Translations under genes and position numbers: made by a program
The notes under the pieces: model-generated
The model's input: the letters and a program-made list of their open reading frames with translations, nothing else
What the model was told of the DNA's origin: nothing
Databases searched by the model: none
Part shown: piece by piece, positions 13,505 through 24,838 of the stretch
Position numbering within the stretch: the stretch's first letter is position 1
Layout of the letters: each line of letters begins with the position of its first letter
DNA from: Marsupella aquatica
Taxonomy: Eukaryota; Plantae; Marchantiophyta
Direction of reading: 5' to 3'
Length of the DNA stretch: 64,000 nucleotides
Assembly (NCBI GenBank): GCA_973895155.1
Contig: OZ316895.1
Span: 8,668,184 to 8,732,183, forward strand

Positions 13505-13968
13505 ATACAGGTTACCAGTGTGTAGCCATTTTTGGAGGTACCTGCTATTTTCATAATTTGTTGCCTGAAAACTCATGATTAGCAACCTTTTTCCGGACAA
13601 TACTCCTGTAATATAAAGCTGGTCTGGGCAGGGCAGGGGTTAGAGCCTAATCCCTGCTCCAAGAATGCTAGGAGAAGTTTCTCAGCTGCCGCTGGTCAAC
13701 TTTTACTCACTTCTGATGACACCATTAAGTATAGGATAACGACGGTCTGGTTATGACCTTGTGACCAGAAAGTGAAAAAACTTGACCAGCCTGACTCAAA
13801 ACCTTTTTTGAGCATTCTGGGAGCAGGGTTCAGAACATAATCCCACCCCATACCATCTTTATATCACAAGTGGGGTATAGGAAAAAGTAACCAATCATGA
13901 GTTTCTGGCAATAGATTATGGAAATAGCAAGGACCTCAGGAAATGATTAAAACACCTATGACCTGTAT
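13505..13968. mobile_element. Fold-back (long imperfect inverted repeat) element, probable MITE-like remnant
   Basis: Arms at about 13505-13716 and 13762-13968 are reverse complements, e.g. AAACTCATGATT/AATCATGAGTTT, ATATAAAG/CTTTATAT, CCCTGCTCC..GAATGCT/AGCATTC.GGGAGCAGGG, CTGGTCAA/TTGACCAG. A partial related copy lies at about 14290-14400. Confidence 0.65.
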
Positions 13969-14135
13969 CCAGTACCTCATTTACATGCTAGTAACCCAGC
14001 CCATTAGCCTGTATCCGGTACCTTGTTTACATGCTACTAACCCAGCCCATTAGCCTGTATCCCATATCTTGTTTACATGCTACTAACCCAGCCCATTACC
14101 CTGGATCCTGTACCTCGTTTACATGCCCAGCCCAG
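13960..14135. repeat. ~45-bp minisatellite x3-4
   Basis: CCTGTATCC...TTTACATGCTA.TAACCCAGCCCATTA is iterated. Confidence 0.85.
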
Positions 14136-15138
14136 ACCAACATTATCCCATACATACATTCAGCACGGAACCAAAGTTAACGATGTGTAATGATTGTTGA
14201 GGGCTCATGCAATATACACAATCTCATGCCCAAAAAGTCTCCACTGGTTAACTTTTCCCTTGACTATATTTACATACCATAAGGACTGCCTGGGCTGGGG
14301 TTCTAGATTGAACCCTGCTGCCAATAAGCTTTTCTTCACTTTCTGGTCACAAGATCTAAACTAGTAATGTGATCCTGACCTTCATTATCCTGTACTTTGG
14401 ACAGATAACATCTGCCCGGACCAGCCAATTTTTTTTATTGATTTTATACATTAGCCAAGGTGGCTACTAGTTTACCCTACAAAGACGAGACACAAGTATG
14501 GTTATGGAGTATTTTATTTCAATTAAAGAGTAATTTCAGACTTCTTGGCTGACAAGCCTCCAGAGTCCATTAGATGGTAGCTAATGGCTTTTAAGAAGTT
14601 CAGCCTGTGTATGAGTAGCCTGCCCGTTTTTTAGGTTAATGATTGGCTAATTTTCGCTCACAGCAAAAAAGGCTGGCCCCAAAACCCTCAGTATCCTGTA
14701 CTTAGGACGGGGCTGCTTGCTAGTAAGTGAGGCGCCGGGGATTGTCGATAGGGAAGGAAGGAAGGAAGGAACGAACGAAGGGTTTAGGTGGTCGTCAAAT
14801 CGTCACATTCAGAGGTCTGAAGAAAGGTAGGAAATCGCAATGCCCACCGTTTCCTCCCTGCATTCCAGCATCGCATGCACTCTGTAGCAGTTTGTCGATG
14901 GCAATAACGCTGCACTGTGAATTGAATGGAACTGCTGAAGTTTTGAATGGAATGTTTACAATTTCATTCATGTCGTCTGCAGGTTTGGTTTGGTTTAGTT
15001 CCGTTGCTGCACACTTTTCTAGGTCTTCTGGTTGAAGATGTGGGTAAAATAGGGTTGCTCAGTTTTCGAAGGAAAGGCGAGTAGAGTGGAGTTTAGCAGA
15101 CGAAGGGTTTTAGCAGACGACCAACGAAATGGTTTTGG

Positions 15139-15152
15139 TTTAGGGTTTAGGG
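15139..15152 (+). promoter_or_regulatory. Telo-box (TTTAGGG)2 in the UTP18 leader; probable 5'UTR intron at 14827-14982
   Basis: Two perfect plant telomeric units about 55 bp upstream of the ATG. Telo-boxes are typical of plant ribosome-biogenesis genes. AAG|GTAGGA...TCTGCAG| splice signals lie upstream. Confidence 0.5.
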
Positions 15153-15206
15153 CCAAGGTGGTGACGGACTGTGATGTGGGTGAGAATCAGTGAGTGAAGA
15201 AGCAGC

Positions 15207-16859
15207 ATGGACGAGAGAGAGGGCGAAAAGAAGAAGCGGAAGCGGAAGAAGGAGCCCAAGATTTCGGAGAAGACATTGGAGAAAGATGCACGGGAGGCAG
15301 CGCAGTTGGAAAGCTTTCTGTTCGGGAAATCAGAGACCGTAGCGGCGAGTGAGTACGGCCATGAGATCTTCGACGATATTGATCAGCTGCTAAAGAAAAA
15401 GAAGACGAGGAGGAAGAAGGAGAATGACAAAGCTAACCTCTCAGGTGAGAGTGATTTGATCGTCTCCAATGTTGCTGCAAACAGTGATGCAGAGGCTGCC
15501 GATGACGAGGCTGGAGTTGTGGTAGGACAGGATGTGGACGAAGGAGAGGAGAAAGCACCCGTGTGGGTGGATGAAGAGGAGGGTAGGGCTGTTGTAAGGA
15601 TTTCTGCTGTCAATCGTTTGAGGAAGCTGCGGAAAGAAGAAGGAGAGGATGCTGTGTCTGGTAAGGACTACGTATCAAGGTTGAGGGCACAGCATACGGT
15701 ACTCAATAGGGGTGTGTCATGGGCAGAGCTTCCGTCACACAAGAAACAGGGAAGGAGGTTGGATTCTGAGCTAGATTCAGACTCAGAAAGAGAAAGAAGT
15801 GACGGTGATGAGGGTGCTGTGGAGGTCCGGAATACCGCCCAGACTTTGCTAGAAAACAACGACCTAGTTGTGAAAAGTCGGTCAAGGCTGCCTCAAGGCT
15901 TGATAGAGATGACTCGGATGAGGGATGGGAATAGCGCTGAGCCCTCCAACGGAGTGGTTCAGACTGTGGAATTTCATAGGAACGCCCAAATTTTGATGAC
16001 TGCTGGATTTGACAAGAAACTTAGATTTTTCCAGATTGATGGGAAGAAGAACCCTAAAGTGCAGAGCATTTTCCTAGAGGATTTTCCAGTGCAAAAGGCG
16101 GCATTTGTGCCAGATGGATCCAAAGTGGTGGCGGCTGGGAGGAGGAATTTTTACTTCATATATGATTTCGAAGCTGGGAGAGTGGAAAGGATCAGTCCTC
16201 TTGTAGGCAGGACTGAGAAGAGTTTGGAGAGTTTCCAGGTGTCTCCAGACAGCAAGCAGATTGCATTTCTCGGGAATGAAGGGTATATTTTACTCTGTTC
16301 ATTAGGCACTAAGCAATGGGTAGGGAATCTGAAGATGAATGGATCCGTGAGGGCTGTGTCGTTTGCAGAGAACGGTCGGCACTTAATTAGCAGCGGAGGA
16401 GATGGAGAAATCTATCACTGGGATCTGAGAACGAGGCGGTGCTTTCACAAGGGGGCAGATGAGGGCTTTGTGAAGAGCGGCTCGTTGGCTGTATCCCCCG
16501 ATAGTAGGCTCTTTGCCACTGGATCCGGCAGTGGAGTCGTGAACGTCTATGACAGGGAGGGATTCATCGGTGGAGTAAGTCGACCCAGAAAATCTCTTAT
16601 GAATCTGGTGACAACAGTGGATAATATGAAATTCAACTTCGATTCTCAAATCCTGGCTATATCTTCGCGAATGAAGAAAGATGCATTGAGACTAGTGCAC
16701 CTCCCTTCTCACACTGTTTTCTCCAACTGGCCAAATTTCAAGACCCCTCTGCATTACGTGCATTCCATGGATTTCAGCCCAGGTGGAGGTTATTTAGCTG
16801 TGGGAAATGCCGCTGGAAAGGTTCTCCTTTATAGAGTGCGCCATTACGATCATGCTTGA
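15207..16859 (+). CDS. UTP18: U3 snoRNA-associated protein 18 (SSU processome WD40 protein), single coding exon, 550 aa
   Basis: Motifs LESFLFG, PVWVDEEE, NRLRKLR, AGFDKKLRFFQIDGKKNPKVQSIF, LRLVHLPSHTVFSNWP, DFSPGGGYLAVGN..GKVLLYR. Confidence 0.95.
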   Translation: MDEREGEKKKRKRKKEPKISEKTLEKDAREAAQLESFLFGKSETVAASEYGHEIFDDIDQLLKKKKTRRKKENDKANLSGESDLIVSNVAANSDAEAADDEAGVVVGQDVDEGEEKAPVWVDEEEGRAVVRISAVNRLRKLRKEEGEDAVSGKDYVSRLRAQHTVLNRGVSWAELPSHKKQGRRLDSELDSDSERERSDGDEGAVEVRNTAQTLLENNDLVVKSRSRLPQGLIEMTRMRDGNSAEPSNGVVQTVEFHRNAQILMTAGFDKKLRFFQIDGKKNPKVQSIFLEDFPVQKAAFVPDGSKVVAAGRRNFYFIYDFEAGRVERISPLVGRTEKSLESFQVSPDSKQIAFLGNEGYILLCSLGTKQWVGNLKMNGSVRAVSFAENGRHLISSGGDGEIYHWDLRTRRCFHKGADEGFVKSGSLAVSPDSRLFATGSGSGVVNVYDREGFIGGVSRPRKSLMNLVTTVDNMKFNFDSQILAISSRMKKDALRLVHLPSHTVFSNWPNFKTPLHYVHSMDFSPGGGYLAVGNAAGKVLLYRVRHYDHA

Positions 16860-17654
16860 GTCCCAGAGCGCATCACCAGGGAGCAGCGAGCCTCCGACCA
16901 GGTTACCATGCTGTTGAGCAAAGCCCGAACTTTGGTCTTCTTCATTTGCTGTAAGAGGACGAGGAAATTGGAGACGAACTTCGCCGCGGCGTTCACAACA
17001 AGTCAGATAATGAGCTACAATGCTGTTGAGCAGAGCCTGCACTTCCAGATTAAGGAGAACAATTTGGTTTTTAACGATGACAGTGATGGCCAGTGGATAT
17101 GGTTTGTAACTAGCGTAGCTTCCTGGAGGTTGTTTCCTCTGCTAGGGCAGAAGATCTTTTTTGAGAGCATTCAATTTTATGAGCTCCTGAGTAAGTCTTG
17201 TAAGGTACGCATGTACATTCAAGAGTAATTCGATTTTGACATCATTCAATTTCACTTGTTCTCAACTGAGTCCTCAGGTACAGTTGAAGACACAGATGCG
17301 AATGAAATTTCGTTTCTGAAGCAATTCAACCCGATGTACTCAGAACTAAGTTCTGCAAGTAGAAGGGTCATCTAATTGATCTTTCGTGGCCAATTTCACT
17401 TCGAAACAGGTGATGAATGATGGGCAAACAAATGCTACAGAATTTATATGATTCGACATTTTCATAGTACACAAGATCCACACCGGACTTCTTCACCACA
17501 GCCTTTGCATAGCTTCGGGGGGCGACCTCCTAGCACTCACCAATTCTAAGAAACACTGCAAGAAGCAACAGTGACCACATAAAGGCATCCTTGGGCAAGG
17601 CTCGTGAGAATGGACCCTCTCAGAGCCACCTGAAGGCTCATCTCCGTAAATTTT

Positions 17655-17960
17655 GTTTTCGAGTGAGATACTTTCACATTTGATCTGTACTTTATAAATT
17701 CGACATTTGCAATTCCCCTCAACTATCCAGCACAACTTACTGGTGCGAGAAGAAAATCGACATCGAACAGCCAATGAAGTTTCATGAGAAACTTTGAAGG
17801 ATCACCTCCGCAACTTTTGTTTTCGGGAGAGATACTTTCAAATTTAATCTGTACTCTATAAATGGGACATTTGCAATTCCCCTCAACTATCAAGCACCAG
17901 TTGAAGCTAGTGCGAGACGAAGGTCGATATCGAAAAGCCCATGAAGTGTCACAAGAAAAT
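17655..17960. repeat. ~164-bp direct duplication between the convergent UTP18 and ABA3 3' ends
   Basis: TTTCG.G.GAGATACTTTCA.ATTT.ATCTGTACT...GACATTTGCAATTCCCCTCAACTATC.AGCAC at about 17657 and 17821. Confidence 0.8.
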
Positions 17961-18007
17961 CGGAGGCACAGTTCCAGTGACAGCTACAGTAATACGAGTA
18001 GTATTTC

Positions 18008-20875
18008 CTATCTTATCCAGCTGGAGGCCAATCCTCTTTCCCGTGTTCGTATGCAAGCACTACCTTCCATCGACTTCCTGGATTCACTCTCTGCACTTCT
18101 TACCACATGCAATTGTTGTCCGACTTGTAAAACTCTACTACCTACTCTTCTTACAAAGACATCACATTGGCCATTCTTCTTTGAGGAGGCCTCCTGGTCC
18201 ACTGCAGGTCTCTCCTGCTGAATAAGTATGCCAAAGTAGATCTGTCCCTTTACTCTACGATATGAAGCAAGTGTGACCAATGGTTCACCGGATGCGGGAC
18301 ACTTCCCGGTCGATTGGTCAATATTGATCATACTGCAACGGTTGCAGCCTTTGATTACCTGGAATCGGTGGTCACCTATACGAACTGATTGCCAGTTATC
18401 TTCGTCATAAGGTACGCTTCCTGAAACCACAAAGTTTGGGCGGAAGCGCAAAGCATCCACTTGATTTCTTAATTGCCCACTGTCGGAGATTGGAAGCTGC
18501 CCATCTGCATCATTTCTACTTGAAGATGAGAGCCTCCGATTCAGGTCTTCAACGCTCGCTTGTACCACGAGGAGGAATTGACCCTCATTCGCAAAACTTC
18601 TTTCGACATCTGTTGCTGGTGTTCCACTGGTCCCGATTATACCAGCAGCTGCTAAATTTCCGGCAACCCCACATTTTTTAGCCTTCTTCCTGATCAGCCT
18701 GCAAGAGATTCCCAGGGCTTCACTGAACCATTCACTAGATTTTTTTCCACTATCACTTGCTGATTCTAAAAGGGGAATATTGAGTGCATCCTTCTTGTTA
18801 GGAGCTTCCACAATCAAGCTTCCTAACTCCAGATTGATGTACGTTACAATGGAACACAACTTAGGGCACTTCTTTTGCGTAAGTATCTCCCCAGAATCTG
18901 ACATTATAAGCCACTCTCTGTCAAACAGGAGTCCATAATCACCTAATGGCCAGGAGTTCTTCTGAAAACCACGACAGGACTTGATGGGGTACACCATGAT
19001 AGATTGAAGTGAGACTATAGCGTCGTCGGTATTTGCGTTTTTGGTGAAGCTGCTCAGACTACGAGCAAGACGTCTAGATGCCTCCTGTTTTTGATTTTTC
19101 GCCAGGACCACAGGATCCTGCTCCACAAAAAACTTTGTAATGAATTGAATCAATGCCCAGCAGTCCTCAAATGTGTTCATGTAGCCGAAGGACACGCGCA
19201 CTGCCCCAGTCGGATATCCATTGATAAGGTCTTTGTCATCCCAGCAAACATGGCCTGCCTCATAATTTTCTTTCATTTCATGATTAGTAAGTCCAAGATA
19301 TTTGCTGCACGCACCAGGGTTGCAGAAGCAGCCAGTTCTGAGGTGGATGCCACTAAGGGTGGCAAGTTTTTCAACTTCCAGTGGTCCAATCCAAGAGCGA
19401 TCAGCTCTCTTCAAGTTGAAAGTAACAATCGGTCCCTGCTCACAATGTTCACCCCAATATTTCACACCATTCCCACTGAAAATGCCATGATTTCCATAAA
19501 GCACGCACAGAGTGGCCCTGTTGTAATGTTTAAGATCACGAAGTTTAGAGGCCGTGTAGCTAGCCAAAGACCCTGTGTGCCGATTGATAGCCGACATTTG
19601 AAGCTGATCCAGAACACCAAATCCGTGGCGAAGAGCTGCAATACTCAAGAAAGATACCGTCCCATCCTCCAGCCAGTCTTCTATCCTGGATCTTCTTTGC
19701 ATAAAGTCATCATCAGCGAGGACAACAGCGACAGTACCTCCTCCAAAATACTGTTTCTTCATCAACTTTGCAGCATCTTTACGAACTAGTAGAGCTCCAA
19801 GACCTGTAGGATACCCAAATAACTTGTAAAACGAAATGGCCACGAAGTCCGCAGGAAAACGGGACAGGTTTGGAGGTGCAGTGCTACATCCCTTCGCAGC
19901 ATCGAGGAGTACCAGCCACTTCCCCCCCTTGCTTGCCCCCTTCAGATGCTGTCCTTGCTGCACGAAGGGGATCAGCTCAAGATCAACTTTTGCACCGGAA
20001 AAATTGCACTCCTGTGGAAAAGCGAACAAATGGTATCTCTCCTGTTCATCATCAGTTCCGTCTTCATCTCGAACGACCACCTTCACATTTCGTCTGAGAG
20101 GTTTCTGTTCTCTCACATGAAAACATGAAGCTGGTTGTCCTGTACTGCACTTGCCTCTAATGTGGTCAAGATATACTGGCGTGACTGTGGCCCCTTCGTT
20201 GAGAGCGTATTCTCGTATACCAACCACACTGTTGTGATTCTCCATCGTGTACATGTACTGACTATCAAAACTCCAAGGAAAAATCTCTCCCACTAGTTTC
20301 AACGCTCCTGTTGCACCTGATGTGAAAACACAGCTGTACTCGTCAGGAGAAGCCTTGCACATGGCGAGAACTTGATTTCGAGCCGATTCAATCACGTGTG
20401 AGGACAGGGTGCTGCTCTCGCTTTGACTATGGGGATTCCCATAAAGGTTACTGGAGAGATCGGAAATTGCTGCCTTCATCTGTGTCTCGGTGTAGAGAGC
20501 AGCTCCTGCGTGGTCCAGGTATATTTTACCTTCCAGCCTCCCAAACTCCTTCGATCGTAGCTGATCAATTGATAAAGGTCCTTCAGAGAAACCATACTCA
20601 CTACCATATCGTGTCAAAAATTCAACCTTCTCCTCAGATATGAAACTCACTGAGGACTTCAAAGGGCTTAAGCTTACTTTTCTGCCTTGTAGCGGTAATC
20701 TGCGCTCCCACAAATCAAATGGGGCCAACATGCGCTTGAGAAAAGTGATAAGAGCGCGAAGCAATTGTGACATGCATTTCCAAATTCCATTGGACGGTAC
20801 TGTTCTTGTCAAGGACTCGTTCTTCTTCGTCTTCATTGCCTCTCTTTGAATACACCTATCCGGTGAATTGCTCAT
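18008..20875 (-). CDS. ABA3: Molybdenum cofactor sulfurase (NifS-like PLP domain + MOSC), uninterrupted ORF of ~955 aa from the first ATG
   Basis: Motifs YLDHAGA, YGNPHS, FTSGAT, ENHNSV, SFYKLFGYPTGLGAL (PLP Lys), LRTGCFCNPGAC (persulfide Cys), GAVRVSFG; MOSC YPIKSC, DREW, FANEGQFLL, RFRPNFV, CNRC. First ATG at 20875. Confidence 0.95.
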   Translation of the reverse strand: MSNSPDRCIQREAMKTKKNESLTRTVPSNGIWKCMSQLLRALITFLKRMLAPFDLWERRLPLQGRKVSLSPLKSSVSFISEEKVEFLTRYGSEYGFSEGPLSIDQLRSKEFGRLEGKIYLDHAGAALYTETQMKAAISDLSSNLYGNPHSQSESSTLSSHVIESARNQVLAMCKASPDEYSCVFTSGATGALKLVGEIFPWSFDSQYMYTMENHNSVVGIREYALNEGATVTPVYLDHIRGKCSTGQPASCFHVREQKPLRRNVKVVVRDEDGTDDEQERYHLFAFPQECNFSGAKVDLELIPFVQQGQHLKGASKGGKWLVLLDAAKGCSTAPPNLSRFPADFVAISFYKLFGYPTGLGALLVRKDAAKLMKKQYFGGGTVAVVLADDDFMQRRSRIEDWLEDGTVSFLSIAALRHGFGVLDQLQMSAINRHTGSLASYTASKLRDLKHYNRATLCVLYGNHGIFSGNGVKYWGEHCEQGPIVTFNLKRADRSWIGPLEVEKLATLSGIHLRTGCFCNPGACSKYLGLTNHEMKENYEAGHVCWDDKDLINGYPTGAVRVSFGYMNTFEDCWALIQFITKFFVEQDPVVLAKNQKQEASRRLARSLSSFTKNANTDDAIVSLQSIMVYPIKSCRGFQKNSWPLGDYGLLFDREWLIMSDSGEILTQKKCPKLCSIVTYINLELGSLIVEAPNKKDALNIPLLESASDSGKKSSEWFSEALGISCRLIRKKAKKCGVAGNLAAAGIIGTSGTPATDVERSFANEGQFLLVVQASVEDLNRRLSSSSRNDADGQLPISDSGQLRNQVDALRFRPNFVVSGSVPYDEDNWQSVRIGDHRFQVIKGCNRCSMINIDQSTGKCPASGEPLVTLASYRRVKGQIYFGILIQQERPAVDQEASSKKNGQCDVFVRRVGSRVLQVGQQLHVVRSAESESRKSMEGSACIRTRERGLASSWIR

Positions 20876-23800
20876 AGAGATAATACTGTTCAATCCTACT
20901 ACCGTAGAAAAAGTAGCACAAATTGGTCAAACCTGTGTGTTTTGTGGCAGCCTTCTTATATTGACAAGTCCATCCGTGTCATGTAGAAATCCCCCAAAAA
21001 TCCACTTCCATCCATGTGGTGTTGTCCAAGTCACTTTGACCATTCTCGAACCGAGGTTTGCCAACGACTAAATTGACTCGGAAACCTCACCCTAAAACCC
21101 AATTAATCCTGCAGAGGACTCCTGCTGAAGGGGCTTTTCCTTTCAGAGTGTTCTTCTTGCCCATTCCCGGCAGGCCGAGCCCGCACGTTTCTGCCATAAA
21201 AGCGACGACAAATCCATTAACAGCTGATCACCATCCATCGACACAGACTATTGCTTGACTTAGACCTGCCTTACAATTTCCGCTCTATCGAATTTGAGTG
21301 CGACAGTCGCCATTTGTTGTAGAGGGCACGGAAATCGAAATCCCCAATCGATAACTCCGCATGTAAACAAGTAGAGAGAGAAAATCCCATCCGCATCACA
21401 ATCTTCGCTACCAATCTATGTACCTTCTAACTCAGAGAACCCCCCACAACCACACCGCACTTTCGTGCACACCTTCCGATTCTCCAGCTCGCTCCAATAA
21501 ACCAACGAGACCAGGCCTGTCCTAAATCTCCATTTCCTCAGCAACAGGAATCCATTCATCGGTCCACCGAAACAAGCACGTGACAATTTCAAGTAACCTT
21601 GCCACCAAACGATTTCATCTGTAAATCCCCGCAAAATTTGGTCGACAGCAGTAGTTTCACCAACTCTGCAGGAGTGTCCACACCGAAAGCATTGGTAAGC
21701 TTGCTGAAGGAGGTCACCATTACTGATTTGAGTTCAACACCTTCACGTAACATTCCTATCACATGTGCAGCTCAGAAGTTCAGCCATGAACTACCAGTGC
21801 TCACGGATTGAGAGCCGTAGAGTCTAGAATAGAGAGACCCAGGTGGATCTTCAAATCTTCAAATCTTCAAATCCTTCCACTCCTCAGTACACTGCTGGAA
21901 GTGCCCACTAAAACTAAAACATGCTTTGGGTCCATGATTTTTCGTTCACTCATGTTCCACGCCATTCGGACTAGGTGGGCCTTGGGCAACGTGCCAGTAG
22001 GCGACTGGTGCAAATGGGGTTTCAAGAACTCCGTGGATTGTGCAAGTAAGATCTCGGATTCTCGGCGCATGAAGGGACAGAATGATGGCCCGCCCAGATT
22101 CTGAGCATGAAGCGACAGAATGATGAGAATTTTGCCCCCACTGGAATTGCACATTAAAAAAACCAGCTGCTACGCATTAGTACCATAGTGCCATTAGGGA
22201 CTCTTAAATGCCATTAGAGCCTCTCAAAGCTGGCAATTTGATATATCTACCTTAACTCCATAGGTATGGGTTATGGACACCAAAAATTATGGACTACACA
22301 ATTCATAGTCTATGATGATTTGCCAGAACGATTGGTATTATGCCATAACCATTAGTCAATGTAAAGGTTGGTGAAAGAAAAAAGAAAAGAAAAACTTTTA
22401 CATAATAATCTTGTGAGAAAGTTATGACCTATTCTTTATGACCAAATGTCATCATCAGTAATTTCCAAACTTTGAACATATCAAAATGCCAGCGAACAGA
22501 AATCCCAGCTGACAAGGTCCCAAAGGCAAGGCAACCCAATAAAGGGAAAGGAAAAGGGCCGCAAGAAGACCAAGGGGGGATTCTGCTACCATCGCTTGAC
22601 TTGCGCTCACCCCCGTCACTTTCACTCTCAACAACATGGCTGCAATGACTGCATGGCCACCACAAAACCGTGGTCACAATGATAATTGTGCAACACTCAG
22701 CCATTGACCGCATGGCCGTAACAACACTATGTTCCCAACAAGTGCATTGCCTGGAATGACTGTTGAGCATAGACAACATTCGTAACGGCAAGCCCATGAA
22801 CCATCCAACGCACAATAGTCGACACAGAGAGATACATGGTTCACCTCCACATGAGGCTACGTCCACGGGAACACACAAGAGCTTTACTGCACTCTAGGCC
22901 GACCGGCCATACCAAGCATCCACAGCACAAGCTCTCCCTATCTCTCAACTAGCTCCGTAACAATGAGCCTAAGTTCCACCAGGGTCTAGCATCAGCCCTG
23001 GCTATATGCACACCAGCACTACCGCTAACATTAGTTAAGTCTTAACCAGAGTTAGACTAACTGTGGTTAGCTCATGAGTCACAAGACTAGAGCAATATCT
23101 AACAATGACAGCATGGCCACAACGACACATAAGATGCCCCGGAAACTTGTTGCTTCACTTGCATTTCTTTGCCTTGCTTCCACACCCTATATGTGATGCA
23201 CAGGCATTGGGCCAAAAACAATATCTACACGCCTCTGACTCCCAGTAAAAGCTGCAATCTTATTGGCTCAAATATTTCAACAGCACACGTGTACTCCTCA
23301 CCCTGCCCATGGAACCTAATCCTTGCCCTCCGTAGCCAAGAGGGATTACAGCCCTACACCTAACATCTCTTCCTTCATGACATCTTTTCTGCAATGATGT
23401 CCTTTGCACTACGACATCTTCATGTAACAAATCTTTCTGCAACGACATCTTTTACCCAACAACATAATTATTAAGTGCCATGCATGAGTACTGAGCTATA
23501 TAGACAATAAATGGAAACCCATTCTTTTTCGTGACCCTCCTATAAGTTTTACCCAGCTTTTCAATATGCTGCTAGAAAGGTTTTTCTTGGGTTTTAGTTA
23601 GGTGCTTTGCAGGGCTTTAGTTTTTTTTTTATCTTAGGTTTTTTTTTTTTTAATCGTTCTTGGGACTCTAGAGCTTATTTGGCTCAGCTGTCTTCCTGGG
23701 GTTTTTTCCTTGTGTTCACCTCTTTGTTGAATTTTCTGCTCTTGGGGTGTCGCCAGGTTTGGGGCCTTTTTGTTTGTGTTCTCCCCTTTAATGGGTTTTC

Positions 23801-24161
23801 TAGCCTTTGGGAGCCTGCCTCTAGGTTTAGGACCTTTTGTTCTTATCAATTGAAGTCGCCACTGTAGTACACGGGACATTTTGTCATGGGAGAGTGATAA
23901 TAACTAATTACAGTCTCAAAGACAGCTTCCAAATTGGGGGTGTGACCTACATAGATTGAAGATTAACAACAAAAGGCAGTCTCGGTCTCGAGGCTAATCA
24001 ATGCACTGATGCCTGCTGTATGTAGCTGCCCTCTGGCCCGCTGCTACCCTATGAGGCATTAGGCTAGAATTCAGCCGCAAGTCAATGCAGTCATCAGGTG
24101 CCCCAGGCTGAGAAGTAGAGCAAGGCAGGTTCCTAGTTTGAAGCCTGCTGGTGTGGTGTAG

Positions 24162-24259
24162 GGTAACCCATCCCCAAGAGGGGGTAATGGGATGTAATCC
24201 CAGAGGGTGCTGAGCCCGAGGGGATTACATCCATTATTCCCAAGTGGGGATGAGTTACC
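24162..24259. repeat. ~98-bp hairpin (inverted repeat)
   Basis: GGTAACCCATCCCCA / TGGGGATGAGTTACC and GGATGTAATCCC / GGGATTACATCC pair around a ~19-nt loop. Confidence 0.75.
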
Positions 24260-24344
24260 GAGCGTAAAGCGTGAGTGAATTTTTACACAACATTTAGTTC
24301 AGTTTGACACAGTAAATGTCTGATCCGTCACTGTCTACCACTTG

Positions 24345-24838
24345 CAGTTACCCTATTTCTTATTCAAATTTCATAATCCCCAGGCTAGGCTGGCCCAGTT
24401 ACCCTATTTCTCATTCAAATTTCATAATCCCCAGGCCAGGCTGGCCCAGGGGTTCCGTGGCTTCACTTGGGGGTAATGCCTCATAACCTGGTACACAAAT
24501 ACAAAGAAAAAACATCACGAGGGGTTTCCGTTCCCTTTTAACATCATATCATCCAAAAGTGGAGTTCATTCACCACATAGTTACATGTAGAAAAATTTAG
24601 CCAGAAGTGAGGTTCATTGAACGTTCCACTTTGAAAGATTTGGTGACAGTGGGCACGGGCAGCTACGTAGAGGAGGTGGTGTGGTTCCCTTTTAACATCA
24701 TATCACCTAAAAGTGGGGTTCATTCACCACATAGTTACATTTAGAAAAATTTGGCCAGAAGTGAGGTCCATTGAACAAGACGTTCCACTTTGAAAGATTT
24801 GGTGACAGTGGGCACGGGCAGCTACGTAGAGGAGGTCA
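24345..24838. repeat. Two adjacent direct duplications (~52 bp x2; ~155 bp x2)
   Basis: CAGTTACCCTATTTCT.ATTCAAATTTCATAATCCCCAGGC.AGGCTGGCCC occurs twice. TTCCCTTTTAACATCATATCA...GGGCAGCTACGTAGAGGAGGT occurs twice. Confidence 0.85.

Noticed and set aside
15139-15152. Interstitial telomere or chromosome-fusion scar
   Set aside because: Only two units, in the leader of a ribosome-biogenesis gene; better explained as a telo-box.
15207-16859. Intronless UTP18 as a second retrogene
   Set aside because: As far as I recall, plant UTP18 coding regions are commonly intron-poor or intronless, so this is not informative by itself.
19091-19789. 232-aa ORF antisense to ABA3 (and similar shadow ORFs over UTP18 and the retrotransposon)
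   Set aside because: Antisense or alternate-frame shadows of real coding sequence without motifs.
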